Source: Takakia lepidozioides
Taxonomy: Eukaryota; Plantae; Bryophyta
Length of the DNA stretch: 64,000 nucleotides
Assembly: GCA_030704615.1 (NCBI GenBank)
Contig: CM060733.1
Location: 73,532,001 to 73,596,000, forward strand
Direction of reading: 5' to 3'
The first letter of the stretch is position 1. Every line of letters starts with the position of its first letter. This document shows positions 25,787 through 37,276 of this stretch, one piece after another. The notes below the pieces were generated by a model. It searched no databases. It was not told the origin of the DNA and saw only the letters and a program-made list of their open reading frames with translations. The translations under genes were made by a program, and so were the position numbers.

Positions 25787-28700
25787 TGAAGAGAGTGAGA
25801 GGAATGGAAGAAATCAGGGTGAAGAGCACCACAATCCTGCAGAAACAAACGATTGCTACTCCACATGCAGTACAGTTACTGAAGGAGCTGCGATTAGAAG
25901 GATTGCAAAGCAAAGATTGGACATTGCACCATAGGCAGTACATGTTACAATTCTTGCAGAACTTTGAGCCTAGGATAGGAGCAACAATGGTGAAGGGAGT
26001 TGAATTAGAAATTACTCCCCTATACCTACAACAATTGTTTGAATTGCCATCAGGTCAGGTGCATGTGGAGGAGCACAGGGCAAGACTGCAAATAGGGGAC
26101 TTATTCCAAGAAGGGAGTTTCTTTAAAACTCAGGGTTATGCTTGTACCAAGGCCGTCTACCCAGGGCTAAGGGAGGTAGGCCAGGTATTGAACGTTCTGT
26201 TTGCCATGAAACAGAACCAACAGTATTTTAGCAGATCCTTCACAGATTAAATACACAAAGCCCTGAGAGGAGAAGAGGTAGCATGGGCGGACATAATGTA
26301 CAACGCACTGGTAGAAGAGATGAAGAGATTACAAGGCACTGCCGCAAAGTCTCCTATCATAGTGTCTCGCCCAATCATTGCTCAAATAATTCTTGATTCT
26401 TGCATACTTGATGCTCGGGAAAGAAAGGAGATGGGAGTGTTTGAGGCCGAAACCACTGCAATGGAAGAGCAAGGCTCTTCACACAATGAGGGTGGACTGG
26501 CAGGGCAACCCCAGTCTAAGAGATAGAGGCAGGGAAAGACTGTAGTGGCGGATCCACTGGCTTCACGGAAACCGCATGATAATGTTTTCCAATCTCTTGT
26601 GTAGGAAGGGGCACAGCAGCACAGAGAGCTGCTATTATTGGAAGCAAGGCCTTCAGAGAGGGAAGAGGAAGTTACTTCAGTATCACAGCCATCACAGCCA
26701 GATGATCGGCTTGTCACAGAGTTACCACAAGTTGTCCATGCAGTTCCACCAGAAATAATTGATTTGGAGAAAGAAGGGTTAGATATCCCCACTAAAGAAC
26801 AGGTGGTGGCAGAAATTGAGAAGAGAGACCTTCTCTATAAAAATTCTGGCTTGGTCAGGGAAACAATGATTGCAGAGGTGCAGCGGTTGTCCAAGGGAAA
26901 CCCTGCTATGCATATAATACACACACCTGTGACGGAGGTACCACAGGTAGAATGTCAAGACACTGCAGCACCTGTGACGGATGAAGTGGTTCAGGAAGAA
27001 AATCTGGTGGGGCAATGGCCTGAATGGTTAGTGAGGCATCATATTGTTGAGGATCAGGGAGAACAGCAGCAAGATCACCATGATGACCCTCAACAGGCCA
27101 TGCTTATGAGTTCCATAAGCAGGACACTTAATTTGTTGGGCACTTATGTCAAATCCCATGTTCCAACTACCCAATTGGCAGCTTTGAGGGAGGAACTCAG
27201 GAAGGAGTTTGAGGCTCGACTTGCCACTGAGTGTGCAAACAAGGTCAATGAGGAGGTCACTCTCAAGATACAGCAAGACTTAGAGAGTACAAAAGCTGCT
27301 TTGCAATTGGCCAAGGAACAATTGATTGAGGCAGGCCTCGCGCAAGACCAGTTGCACGAAGCACATAAGCAACAGCTATACCAAATGCAGGTGAAGCATG
27401 AAAGCAAGTTGCAAGAAGTGAATGCACTACATACGGAATTGTAGACAGTGCATGACAGGATGGCCATACAATGTGCTACACTCACAACTACGCTTGACCA
27501 AGCTACAATATAAATTAACAGTCAAGCGGAAAGATGTACGAAGGCAGAGACATAGAATGTCGAGCAAGCGAAACTCATTGTCGATATGAAGAATACAATC
27601 TGTCGCAATGAGAATACTTTCAAGCAATACAGGCAGGTTGAAGCTGACCAAGAGAGGTACATCCTTGAGTTGCAACAAACGCTCATGGTAAATAGAAATG
27701 AACTCTCTGTGGCTAACAAGGCTTGGAAAGAAGCCAATAATCTGGCTGCTGCCTATGCGAGTTTGGTTGAACCTCATGCGAAGTGCATGGAGGCTTTATA
27801 GCAGCAAATAGATGTGTACAGGCTCACAGAGGAGCAGACTCTCAGGGGTGCCACAAGCAACTTGGTGGATAACCACCTTATGCAGGTCTGGTTAGCACAA
27901 GGGCTGGTGGAGGGCAAAGCACCACGAAAGCTCACCCAAAGCGAGATGAATGAGCTCAGACTGCAAGTGCAAAACATTGCCACAACTACTATAGACAATG
28001 TCTATAGTAGAATAGCGGAGTTACATGAGGATGTAGACGGCCTGCAGACTCAGGTGGAGGACCTCACTTCAAATATCGACAAGAGAGTCTTTGTACCTGA
28101 GGAGCAGTTGGTGGCTTCTTATTTACAAGCCATAACTTTGGCTTTTCAGTCTTCTTCGCAGGGGGTGCAGGAGATGCCAGTGGTACAAGAGCCAGTGCCA
28201 CCAACACCACAACAAGTCACTGTGACAGTAGCTAACCCTGTTGTTACTACAGCCACACCACAACCACCACAGCCTGAGGTATGGGGGGATGCTGCTTTTA
28301 ACCCACCTAAAACTCATGCTGCATGGGAGTACAGTCGGGCTATGATTATGCCCTTCAACCAAATTCCCATTGTGTTGGATTTGGCTTAGAAGGAATTTAG
28401 TCCTCCACAGTCGTTGGCACATTACTACCAGATCATGCGCATTTGGCTGCCAGTGGCAACTAGGACTAAGGTTCTTCCGAACAATCGACCCATTGAGGAT
28501 CATCACTTTGCGAGGTACTGGCATGAGGCAAGTACCATGTTGAAGGAATTAATTGCCTTCCAAGTTGTACATGGGTACATTTATACCAAGACCAAGGAGG
28601 TAGCAAGTATTGTCATGGGCTGCGGGTTATACTATGCTGCTTGTTTTCTGGCACATTATCACATTGAGCAGCAGAAGATGCAATCGCGCTTTCTGAGTTT

Positions 28701-29341
28701 CTAGTGGGGATCATTGGGTCTTACCTTCAGTGCCACCTCATATAAACCTCTATGATGCAAAGGTGATGATGCAAAAGGACTCCCAACTTCGTTCATGGTT
28801 TCATGCGGCCTGGAACAATTTGTCAACACAGAAATTCGGGCCTAACGATATTTTCTTTAAGGGCCAAGAGGCATGGAAATACTTGCACAATTCACAAGTC
28901 ATTGTTACACCACTCACCCGGACAGACAAGGAGTTCAAGGTCTTCACCAATTTTGCAATTTAGCGCTTACAGCAAGTTTTGCAGTTTAAACTTCCAGACA
29001 TGGTGGGACAACATTGTATGCCTCAGAGAATTCCAGTTAGAGTTTGACCGTTAAAACACCTCAGGGGGGACGAGGATTCTGATATTACTGTTTCTTCAGC
29101 GGACTCTTTTGACATGGCAAAGGACTATGCAATTCAGATGGCAGAGAAGAAACGACGGGGGTCTCCTATGCCTGAAAGATTACCTCGATATCAGCCTCCA
29201 GAGGGACTGACATATCCAGGTAGTGTTCAATCATCTCCCTCAACCAGTGACAGGACACGGGCTCGCACACGGAGTCCTTCACGAGACTCTCAACGTCACA
29301 AGGGTGCTCGCTCACAAAGGTTTACAAATCCCAAACAGTAA
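25787..29341 (+). pseudogene. Extra 3' ORF of gypsy copy Y (N-terminal plant-transposon-protein-like region, long coiled coil, conserved C-terminal domain)
   Basis: Collinear ORF fragments broken mostly by CAG/TGG-derived stops. Homologous to 37277-39902 and 55349-58887. Confidence 0.75.
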
Positions 29342-29355
29342 ACCGTGAGGACATG

Positions 29356-30078
29356 TGTCGCGGCCCTTTGCCTTGAGGGCAGGGGGTCGGGACACATGAG
29401 AGGCTGCCCCTGTGGTGGGGGCAGCGGCGGCGATAGGTATGGGGGGCTGAAGCACCCTTGAGTGCCCAAGGCACTCAAGGAGGCGGAGGCGCTCACTAGG
29501 TGGAGCCCCGCACACCGGGTTGCGGTGGAGGTGGCTCCACAAGGGGTGGTGGTAGCTTAGTGGGACTTAGTGGGGGTGGCATAGGACTCACCATGGGGTG
29601 GAGACCTCGAGGTGGGAGTCGTGGGGAGTCTTGGGACTCATCACGGTCCATTGGGGCCGCGGTGAGTGGGCCAAGACTCACCGCGACTCACCACCGGGAG
29701 TCGAGGGTTTTCGTGGTGGTTCGCCATAAAATGGCATGGCTGGTTATGAAACCCCCGCGGACAGCTACAGAAGTATATATAGGGAGTAGTAACCCCGAGA
29801 ACGGTGCAAGCCCGTTGGTGACCAAAAACTAGTGAGTAAGCGAGCGAGCCGGAAAGCGACCAAAGAGTGGGGAGCTGTTCCGGACTGCCATCTACCAAAG
29901 GGAATTCTCCTAGTCCCAAAGAGGTGGAGGGTTTAGAGGGAAGCGAAGGGGGACCGTTATGTCCCGGTGAGCAGCCGAAGCTCCAAGTTGGCCCGGCGGC
30001 CAGGTTGGGAGTCAGGCGCGCGCATCAAAGCGAGTAACTATGACTTGAAGGGGAGCTTACCGAGTGAGGTGCGCGACA
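29356..30078 (+). repeat. 5' LTR of chromovirus (723 bp)
   Basis: TG...CA ends with 7-bp inverted termini; TATA-like GTATATATAGG at ~29773. Confidence 0.97.
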
Positions 30079-30080
30079 CT

Positions 30081-30092
30081 TGGTATCAGAGC
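30081..30092 (+). promoter_or_regulatory. Primer-binding site complementary to the tRNA-iMet 3' end
   Basis: TGGTATCAGAGC, 2 nt after the LTR. Confidence 0.95.
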
Positions 30093-30133
30093 TTAGAGTT
30101 CAGTACGCGATCGTCCTTGGGATTGGCCTCATC

Positions 30134-33100
30134 ATGGGGTCGGGCAAGCCGAAGCGAAAGCGGAACGGCCCAAAAGATGATGACCCCGGTGAGCCCGATG
30201 GGGGCGACGTGTCACCGAGGCGGCCGTTTGAGGAAGCGATTAATGTTTCCGAAAACGAGGCCGCTCAGGAGCGGGAGGAATCCGAGGAGTCGGAGCCCGA
30301 GGAATCTTTGAGAGCTCCGACAAACCAAGAGATGCCTCCCATGCCGGCAGCCTTTTGGGAAGGGTTGTTGGCGCAGTTTGGCGGGACGTTGAAAGACGTG
30401 TTGAAGGCGGCTAATGCCACTTCCACCAAGGCAAAGTTTAAGGTGAAGCCTAAGGAACCCGGCACCTTCGAGGGCGTTCGAAACCGGAAGGCACTCAACA
30501 CCTGGCTCCTGGAGCTAGAGCAGTACTTCCGGGCGGCCAAGTTGAGTGACGAGGATCGGGTGGAAGTGGCTCCCACCTATTTGAGGGGCTATGCTCAACA
30601 ATGGTGGCAGAAACGCCTTCACGACCGAGGCCCAAGCCCGGAAACCTTGAACTGGAGTGAGTTCAAGGAATTGATGAAGAGACAGTTTGTGCCCCTCAAC
30701 GCATCCTGGCTTGCCCGGGACAAGATGAGGAATTTGAAGCAAACAGATGACATTCGGGGTATGTCCAGGCTTTCAATGTGCTGTTGCTCGAAGTCGCGGA
30801 CATGGCAGAACCAGAAATGGTCTTCAACTTTGTGGCGGGACTGGCCCCATGGGCTAGGCGGAAGTTGGAGGAGAAGCCACCCAAGACTTTGAACGAGGCA
30901 ATTGAGAGAGCTGAATGTTTCTCGGATGTCCCTAGGGGTGAGAGACAAGGCCGTACGGAGCTGAACCACAAGAAGACCCGGCGGGAAGGTGACTCCTCCC
31001 GACCGGAAAAGAAGTGGGATAGGCCACGCGGCGAAAATGGCACGTGGAAATCGAAGGGAGGTCCCTCACACGTCAAGGCGGCACCCGGTGCTTCGAAAGG
31101 AAAAGCGGGTGGAGCGACTTATGGCGGACAGAAGGCGACCTTTGATGGAGTGTGTTTCAATTGCGGGGAGCCCGGGCACATGGCCAAGAAGTGCACGAAG
31201 CCCCGGCAATTGAACATGACTCGGGCGACCACGGAGCTGTCGGAAGATACCATCAGTCGCTTGGTGGAAGCGGTGGTCGCCAGGACTTGCAAGGTAGGCA
31301 AATTTTCTTGTGAGTTGTATCAGGAAACTGGCGCCTTACGAAAAGGGAGTCAGTTATTGTTCGTGGATGGGATAATATCCGGAACTAATGTGTCGTTGTT
31401 GGTGGACACAGGAGCGTCGCACTCCTTCATGACGCCGGCGGCGGCGCGAAAGTTGGGACTCCCGACAAGTGACGTGGGGGCCTCTATTGAGGTGCGCTCT
31501 GCCAAAGGAGAACCTCAGTTGGCGACAAGGTTGGCGTTTGATGTTCCTCTTCAACTGGGGAGTTGGGAGGGACGTGAGAACTTCACTATCTGCGAGATCG
31601 ATGGAGTGGATCTCATTTTGGGAATGACCTTTTTGAGCAAATCCGGAGCGGTCATAGATGGCCGCAAGAGAGTAGTCACGCTGCCATGTGGGAATGGTGG
31701 CGAGGTTTTACGAGTGTCGGAAACGCCCAAATCCGTGGGAGGGCGAATAAACCTTCTATCAGCAAAGGAGTGGGCCGTGGAGGAGACACACGAGTCCCAG
31801 TTTTTGCTTTACATTAGAGAAGTGAAAGGAGAAGGCGATGGGGAGCCGAGCCCAGATTGGATCAAGGGGATTTTGGAGAAATACCAGGATGTGATGCCGG
31901 AGGATTTACCAAGCGGCTTGCCACCGCGAAGAGGAGTTGACCACAAAATTGAGGTGATACCGGGATCGGAACCGCCTGCCAAGGCGCCCTACCGGTTGAG
32001 CCACAAAGAGTTGGTCGAGCTGAAGACTCAGCTCAAAGATCTAATGTCAAAGGGGTACATCCGGCCGAGTAAGTCACCTTACGGAGCCCCGGTGCTATTT
32101 GCAGACAAGAAGGATGGGACGCTGCGGATGTGTGTCGATTACAGGGCTCTGAATAAGGTGACTATCAAAAACCGGTACCCTTTGCCAAGGATCGACGACC
32201 TCTTCGATCGGTTGGCAGGAGCGAAGTATTTCAGCCGGATCGACTTGCGCTCCGGCTATCACCAAATTCGGGTGGCGGAAGGAGATGAGGAGAAGACCGC
32301 GTGCAGGACAAGGTATGGTTCATATGAGTTCTTGGTGATGCCTTTTGGGCTCACCAATGCACCAGCGACATTTAGCACGCTGATGAACAGCCTTTTCCAG
32401 GAGTGGTTGGATGACTTTGTGATCGTGTACATCGACGACATCTTGGTGTACTCGAAAACAAAGGAGGAGCACCTGGAGCACCTCAAAAGGGTGTTCCAAA
32501 AATTGCGAGAAGGGAAGCTGTATGCCAAAGCTTCAAAGTGCGAATTCGGGGTCACAAAAGTGGAGTTCTTGGGGCACGTGATTACACAGGATGGGATCAA
32601 AATGGATGACAGAAAGGTGAGGGCGATCTTGGACTGGGAGCCTCCGACTTCGGTCCCGGGAGTGCGATCCTTCCTAGGACTCGCCTCCTATTACCGGAAG
32701 TATGTGAGAAATTTCGCCAAGATCGCGGGGCCGCTGTCGGACCTTCTGTGTAAATCCAAAGTCTGGGTATGGAACACATTTTGTGGCCAAGCTTTTGCTG
32801 AATTGAAGCAGCGGATGACGGAAGCTCCAGTCTTAAAAATCCCGGAGTTCGATCGTCCGTTTGAGATTCATACAGATGCATCGGACTTCGCAATTGGGGG
32901 TGTACTTATGCAAGATGGACGTCCAGTGGCTTACGAAAGTAAGAAACTGAATGAAGTGGAGCGACGGTGGCCGACGCACGAAAAAGAGATGAAGGCGGTG
33001 GTACATTGCCTTGAACTCTGGCGCCACTATGTTGGTTCCAACCCAGTGAAGGTGTTCACGGACAATGTCACGGTGAAGTATTTTGCCACGCAGCCCAAGT

Positions 33101-34695
33101 TGTCCCCAAAACAACTTAGGTGGCAAGATACTTTGGCAGTGTTCGACGTGGATATCCAGTACAAACCGGGACGGGACAATGTGGTGGCCGATGCTTTAAG
33201 TAGAAAGCAGCAGCTCTTGTTGGTGTACAAGGGCGAGACGGCGCTCCAAAGGAAGATCCGGAAGGCTTGCCGGAAGGATGAGCTGGCAAAGTGCGTGATG
33301 CAGAACTTGAGAATGGGGGTTAAATCGCAGTTCCACTTGCAAAACGGACTGCTCCGGTATAAGCAAAAACGTCTCTATGTGCCAAAGGGAGGGATCAGGG
33401 ATAGTCTCTTGAGAGAATGCCATGATAGCCCGCTTGCGGGCCACGGTGGAGCCAAGCGCACTGCGGCACTCTTGAAGAAAGAGTATTTCTGGCCCAAACT
33501 GAGGGAGGAGGCAGAGGAGTATGTAAAGACATGCACCACATGCCAACAAAACCGGAGCGAGTATAAAAAGCAAGCGGGGCTGTTACAACCCTTGCCGATT
33601 CCAGAGGGGACTTGGGAAAGCGTCTCGATGGATTTCATGACTGCTATGCCGCTGTCAAAAGGATTCGATGCAATCATGGTGGTGGTAGATAGGTTCAGTA
33701 AAATGGCCCATTTCATCCCCACCAAGGAGACGGCAACTGCGCAGGAGACAGGGCGACTTTACTTCGCCCACGTCTTAAAGCATCATGGAGTCCCGAAGGA
33801 TATTGTCTCGGACCGCGACCCAAAGTTTACGAGTAAATTCTGGAGAGCACTTTGGAAGAAGATGGGGACGAGGCTGAAGATGAGCACCGCCTTCCGACCT
33901 ACGACGGACGGCCAAACGGAAAGAGTGAATTCCGTAGTGAAGCAATTCTTGCGGAATTACGTGTCGGCAGACCAATCAGACTGGATGGAACACTTAGACG
34001 CGGCAGAGTTCTGTTATAATAACACAGAACACTCCGCGACGGGAGTTTCCCCTTTTGTGTTGGTCTATGGAAAAGCACCTCTGGTGCCGACAAGTTGGGC
34101 CGCCCAGGACGTTGAGGAACCGGCAGTAGCGGCGGTACTTGAAGAACGCGAGCGTTTGTTGAAGCTCGCAAAGTACAACATTGCCAAAGCTAGGAAACGG
34201 TATGAAAGGCAGGCGAATCGGAAGCGGAGGGAAGTGAAGTTTGAGGCAGGCACAGAGGTCTGGTTGAACATCAAGAATTTTCGACTACCTCCGGAAATGA
34301 GTCCGAAGTTCGTACCTCCGTATGCGGGTCCCTTTCGCATTCGGAGGGTTATGAATGAGGATGTGTATGAATTGGAGCTGCCAGCAAACAGCAAGGTGCA
34401 CCCAGTATTCCATGTCTCCCTTTTGAAGCCTTACTTCAAAGATGAAGCACGTCCGAATCGGCAGCAAGTGTTGCGTCCGCCACCTATGCTGTTGGATCAT
34501 GAAAATGAACCCGAGTACGAGGTGGAGGCAATACTTAAGTCGAGGAGGTTCAAGAACCGAGAAACGGAGTATCTCGTCAAATGGAAGGGCTATCATCTTG
34601 TGGAGGCATCTTGGGTGCGTGCCTCAGAAATGGGAAACGCATCCGAGGCAGTTGCAGCGTTCGAAGGGCGACCTCAAAAGCGGAAGAAGCGTTGA
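30134..34695 (+). CDS. gag-pol: Gag-Pol polyprotein (Gag, CCHC knuckle, protease, RT, RNase H, integrase, chromodomain); one 1-nt frame break at ~30756-30760
   Basis: [88 protein letters not shown]. Confidence 0.95.
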
Positions 34696-35589
34696 TGGGG
34701 ACATCAACCTTGGAGCGTGGGGGAGGAAATGCATGCTTAGCCCGGTTTAGCTAGCTCAGGAATCCGATTGCAAAAACTTGTATTGTACAAAAATTTGTGA
34801 TAAAGGAAATGGGTTCCAAATATTGTGCGTCCTATTGTGTTTGGAATGGTGATGCATGGTGTGGTTGGCTGGTGTGTAGAATGCATGCTAGCTTACAAAA
34901 GTGGGAGAGGTAAATTGGGTTAATCGTGTGTTTGCGCAGTGCCGAAATCGGGTGACTCCCATCCAAGGGGCAAGGAAACTTGCGCCTTATTTGGGAGTTC
35001 AAGTGCTAGTGCGCACCTGGCGCGTGCGCGTACTATAACTGCGCTACCGAGGGGGTTGCCTTGTAGTGCGGGCTAACGCGGAAGCTACGTGCTTCCGTTC
35101 ACGTACTATAATCGTGTAGCCTCGGGACGAAGTCGTAGTGCGGCTTCGGCGTGTTCCCGTACCTCAGGCCAGCATTCCAAGGCGGACCCAATTGTAGTGA
35201 TTGGGGCGCACGGTTGGTTCAAGGTTATCTTCCTAGTCAAAGAGGGTTTCAGGTGAACCCTTGCTCAAGGTGATGCCAAAAGCGGCATCATGAGCGATCG
35301 CAAGCAATGTTGTTGCAGTAAGGCGATTCGATCCTCGGGGAGGATCGTTCCTTGGCCTTGAAGTAGGCCAAGAAGAGTGCACTGGGAGGAGCTGGAGAGG
35401 CTCCACCCTTGGCCGGGACTTGGAGGAAGTCGGCCGAACTAGCTAGTGGAGAGTGGAGTCAAGTGTGGGGTTTGGTTCTTTGCCATGGGACGCCATGGTA
35501 CGGAAACAAACTCCTTGATGTGGGACGCCACAACTTGGATGTTCGTTTCTACAAAATGGACAAGTCGATGAGGACATCGACTCCCTGTT

Positions 35590-35601
35590 GGTAGGGGTGT
35601 G
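35590..35601 (+). promoter_or_regulatory. Polypurine-tract-like sequence before the 3' LTR
   Basis: GGTAGGGGTGTG immediately 5' of TGTCGCG. Confidence 0.65.
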
Positions 35602-36327
35602 TGTCGCGGCCCTTTGCCTTGAGGGCAGGGGGTCGGGACACATGAGAGGCTGCCCCTGTGGTGGGGGCAGCGGCGGCGATAGGTATGGGGGGCTGAAGCA
35701 CCCTTGAGTGCCCAAGGCACTCAAGGAGGCGGAGGCGCTCACTAGGTGGAGCCCCGCACACCGGGTTGCGGTGGAGGTGGCTCCACAAGGGGTGGTGGTA
35801 GCTTAGTGGGACTTAGTGGGGGTGGCATAGGACTCACCATGGGGTGGAGACCTCGAGGTGGGAGTCGTGGGGAGTCTTGGGACTCATCACGGTCCATTGG
35901 GGCCGCGGTGAGTGGGCCAAGACTCACCGCGACTCACCACCGGGAGTCGAGGGTTTTCGTGGTGGTTCGCCATAAAATGGCATGGCTGGTTATGAAACCC
36001 CCGCGGACAGCTACAGAAGTATATATAGGGAGTAGTAACCCCGAGAACGGTGCAAGCCCGTTGGTGACCAAAAACTAGTGAGTAAGCGAGCGAGCCGGAA
36101 AGCGACCAAAGAGTGGGGAGCTGTTCCGGACTGCCATCTACCAAAGGGAATTCTCCTAGTCCCAAAGAGGTGGAGGGTTTAGAGGGAAGCGAAGGGGGGA
36201 CCGTTATGTCCCGGTGAGCAGCCGAAGCTCCAAGTTGGCCCGGGCGGCCAGGTTGGGAGTCAGGCGCGCGCATCAAAGCGAGTAACTATGACTTGAAGGG
36301 GAGCTTACCGGAGTGAGGTGCGCGACA
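35602..36327 (+). repeat. 3' LTR of chromovirus (726 bp)
   Basis: By eye, differs from the 5' LTR only by three single-G indels in G runs. Confidence 0.97.
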
Positions 36328-36355
36328 ACATGATTTTTGAGAGGGGAAGGGGTAA

Positions 36356-37276
36356 TGTTAGAGGGCTGCTTGGGACTTAGACGCTTTTACGGGATCTGTG
36401 GGGTACCCTTAATTTTTTACACAGACTGAGACCAACAGGAGCCTTAGGGGTGACAGCAACAGGCTTTAAGGGGGGAGATACATAGCCCAACACAGCCCGT
36501 CACAGTCGCACAGCCAGTCACAGCTCGACACAGCCCGACACAGCCCAACACAATTGCACAGCCAGTCACAGCCCGTCACAGTTTCACACAGCCAGTCACA
36601 GCTTGACACAGCTGTCACGACCATAGGGAACGGATAGCAGGACAGGGAACGACTGTGGGGAACAACATCTGCGAATGGAACATGTTAGTTCACGGATGAC
36701 GGTTAGTGAGGGAAACGGTTAGAACAACGGGTAGGAAGATAAAGCCTGGAGCGAGGACTGGAAAAGGGATCATCACTTCTTGGGGATCACTACTTCGGGG
36801 AGGACTTCTGGTATCACTGGGGGGAAATGAAGCAGAGAGCGCATCTCTGAGGAGAAAGAGGGAGAGCACGGAGTAGGAGGAGAACGATCTGTTGATGCTT
36901 GATGAATGCAAGTAGTAGAGTTGTAATGTAGAGCAGATTAGAGACTCCATGGCTTCAGCCTGATACTTGATAGATATTAATCTGATACATACTTCATACT
37001 CACACTGTGTAGAGAAACCTGAGTGAAGTTGTGGAAATGAATGGATGGAACTTGATAGATTTCTGAAGCCAACTGATACTTAATTGTAGATAGTAAGGTA
37101 ACTCGCTAACATGAATGTGGGAAGGAGTACAAATAGGAAACACCCCCATGATACACTAGCTGTAGGTCATGACTGATTGTTCTGAGCGGGCTGAGTGCTT
37201 AGAGATTTCCAACTCTTCTATCTTGGAGTTCCCACCTCGGATAGCGAAGGGATGGGTGAGTAAAAGCCGCGCGACA
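36356..37276 (+). repeat. 3' LTR of gypsy copy Y (~920 bp) with a 10-bp CACAGCC array at 36481-36620
   Basis: TG start after the PPT and CA end. Homologous to 54405-55313 on the minus strand. Confidence 0.85.

Larger units (their letters stand above)
29356..36327 (+). mobile_element. Complete chromoviral Ty3/gypsy LTR retrotransposon, very recent insertion
   Basis: TSD ACATG (29351-29355 and 36328-36332). LTRs TGTCGCG...CGCGACA, near identical. PBS, PPT, and gag-pol with chromodomain. Confidence 0.98.
22367..37276 (+). mobile_element. Non-chromoviral Ty3/gypsy retrotransposon (copy Y), 5'-truncated, with 3' LTR; hosts the chromovirus insertion
   Basis: RT, RNase H and integrase, then a long 3' ORF, PPT GAGAGGGGAAGGGG (~36339-36352), and an LTR TGTTAG...GCGACA. 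Confidence 0.9.

Noticed and set aside
25787-29341. Calling the extra gypsy ORF an env gene
   Set aside because: No obvious signal peptide or transmembrane segment by eye; the sequence is mostly coiled-coil, so function is left unassigned.
30081-30092. tRNA gene
   Set aside because: Only a 12-nt PBS, with no cloverleaf.
30740-30892. Programmed gag/pol ribosomal frameshift
   Set aside because: The break falls inside Gag at a G homopolymer and is repaired by one base; there is no slippery site at the gag-pol boundary.
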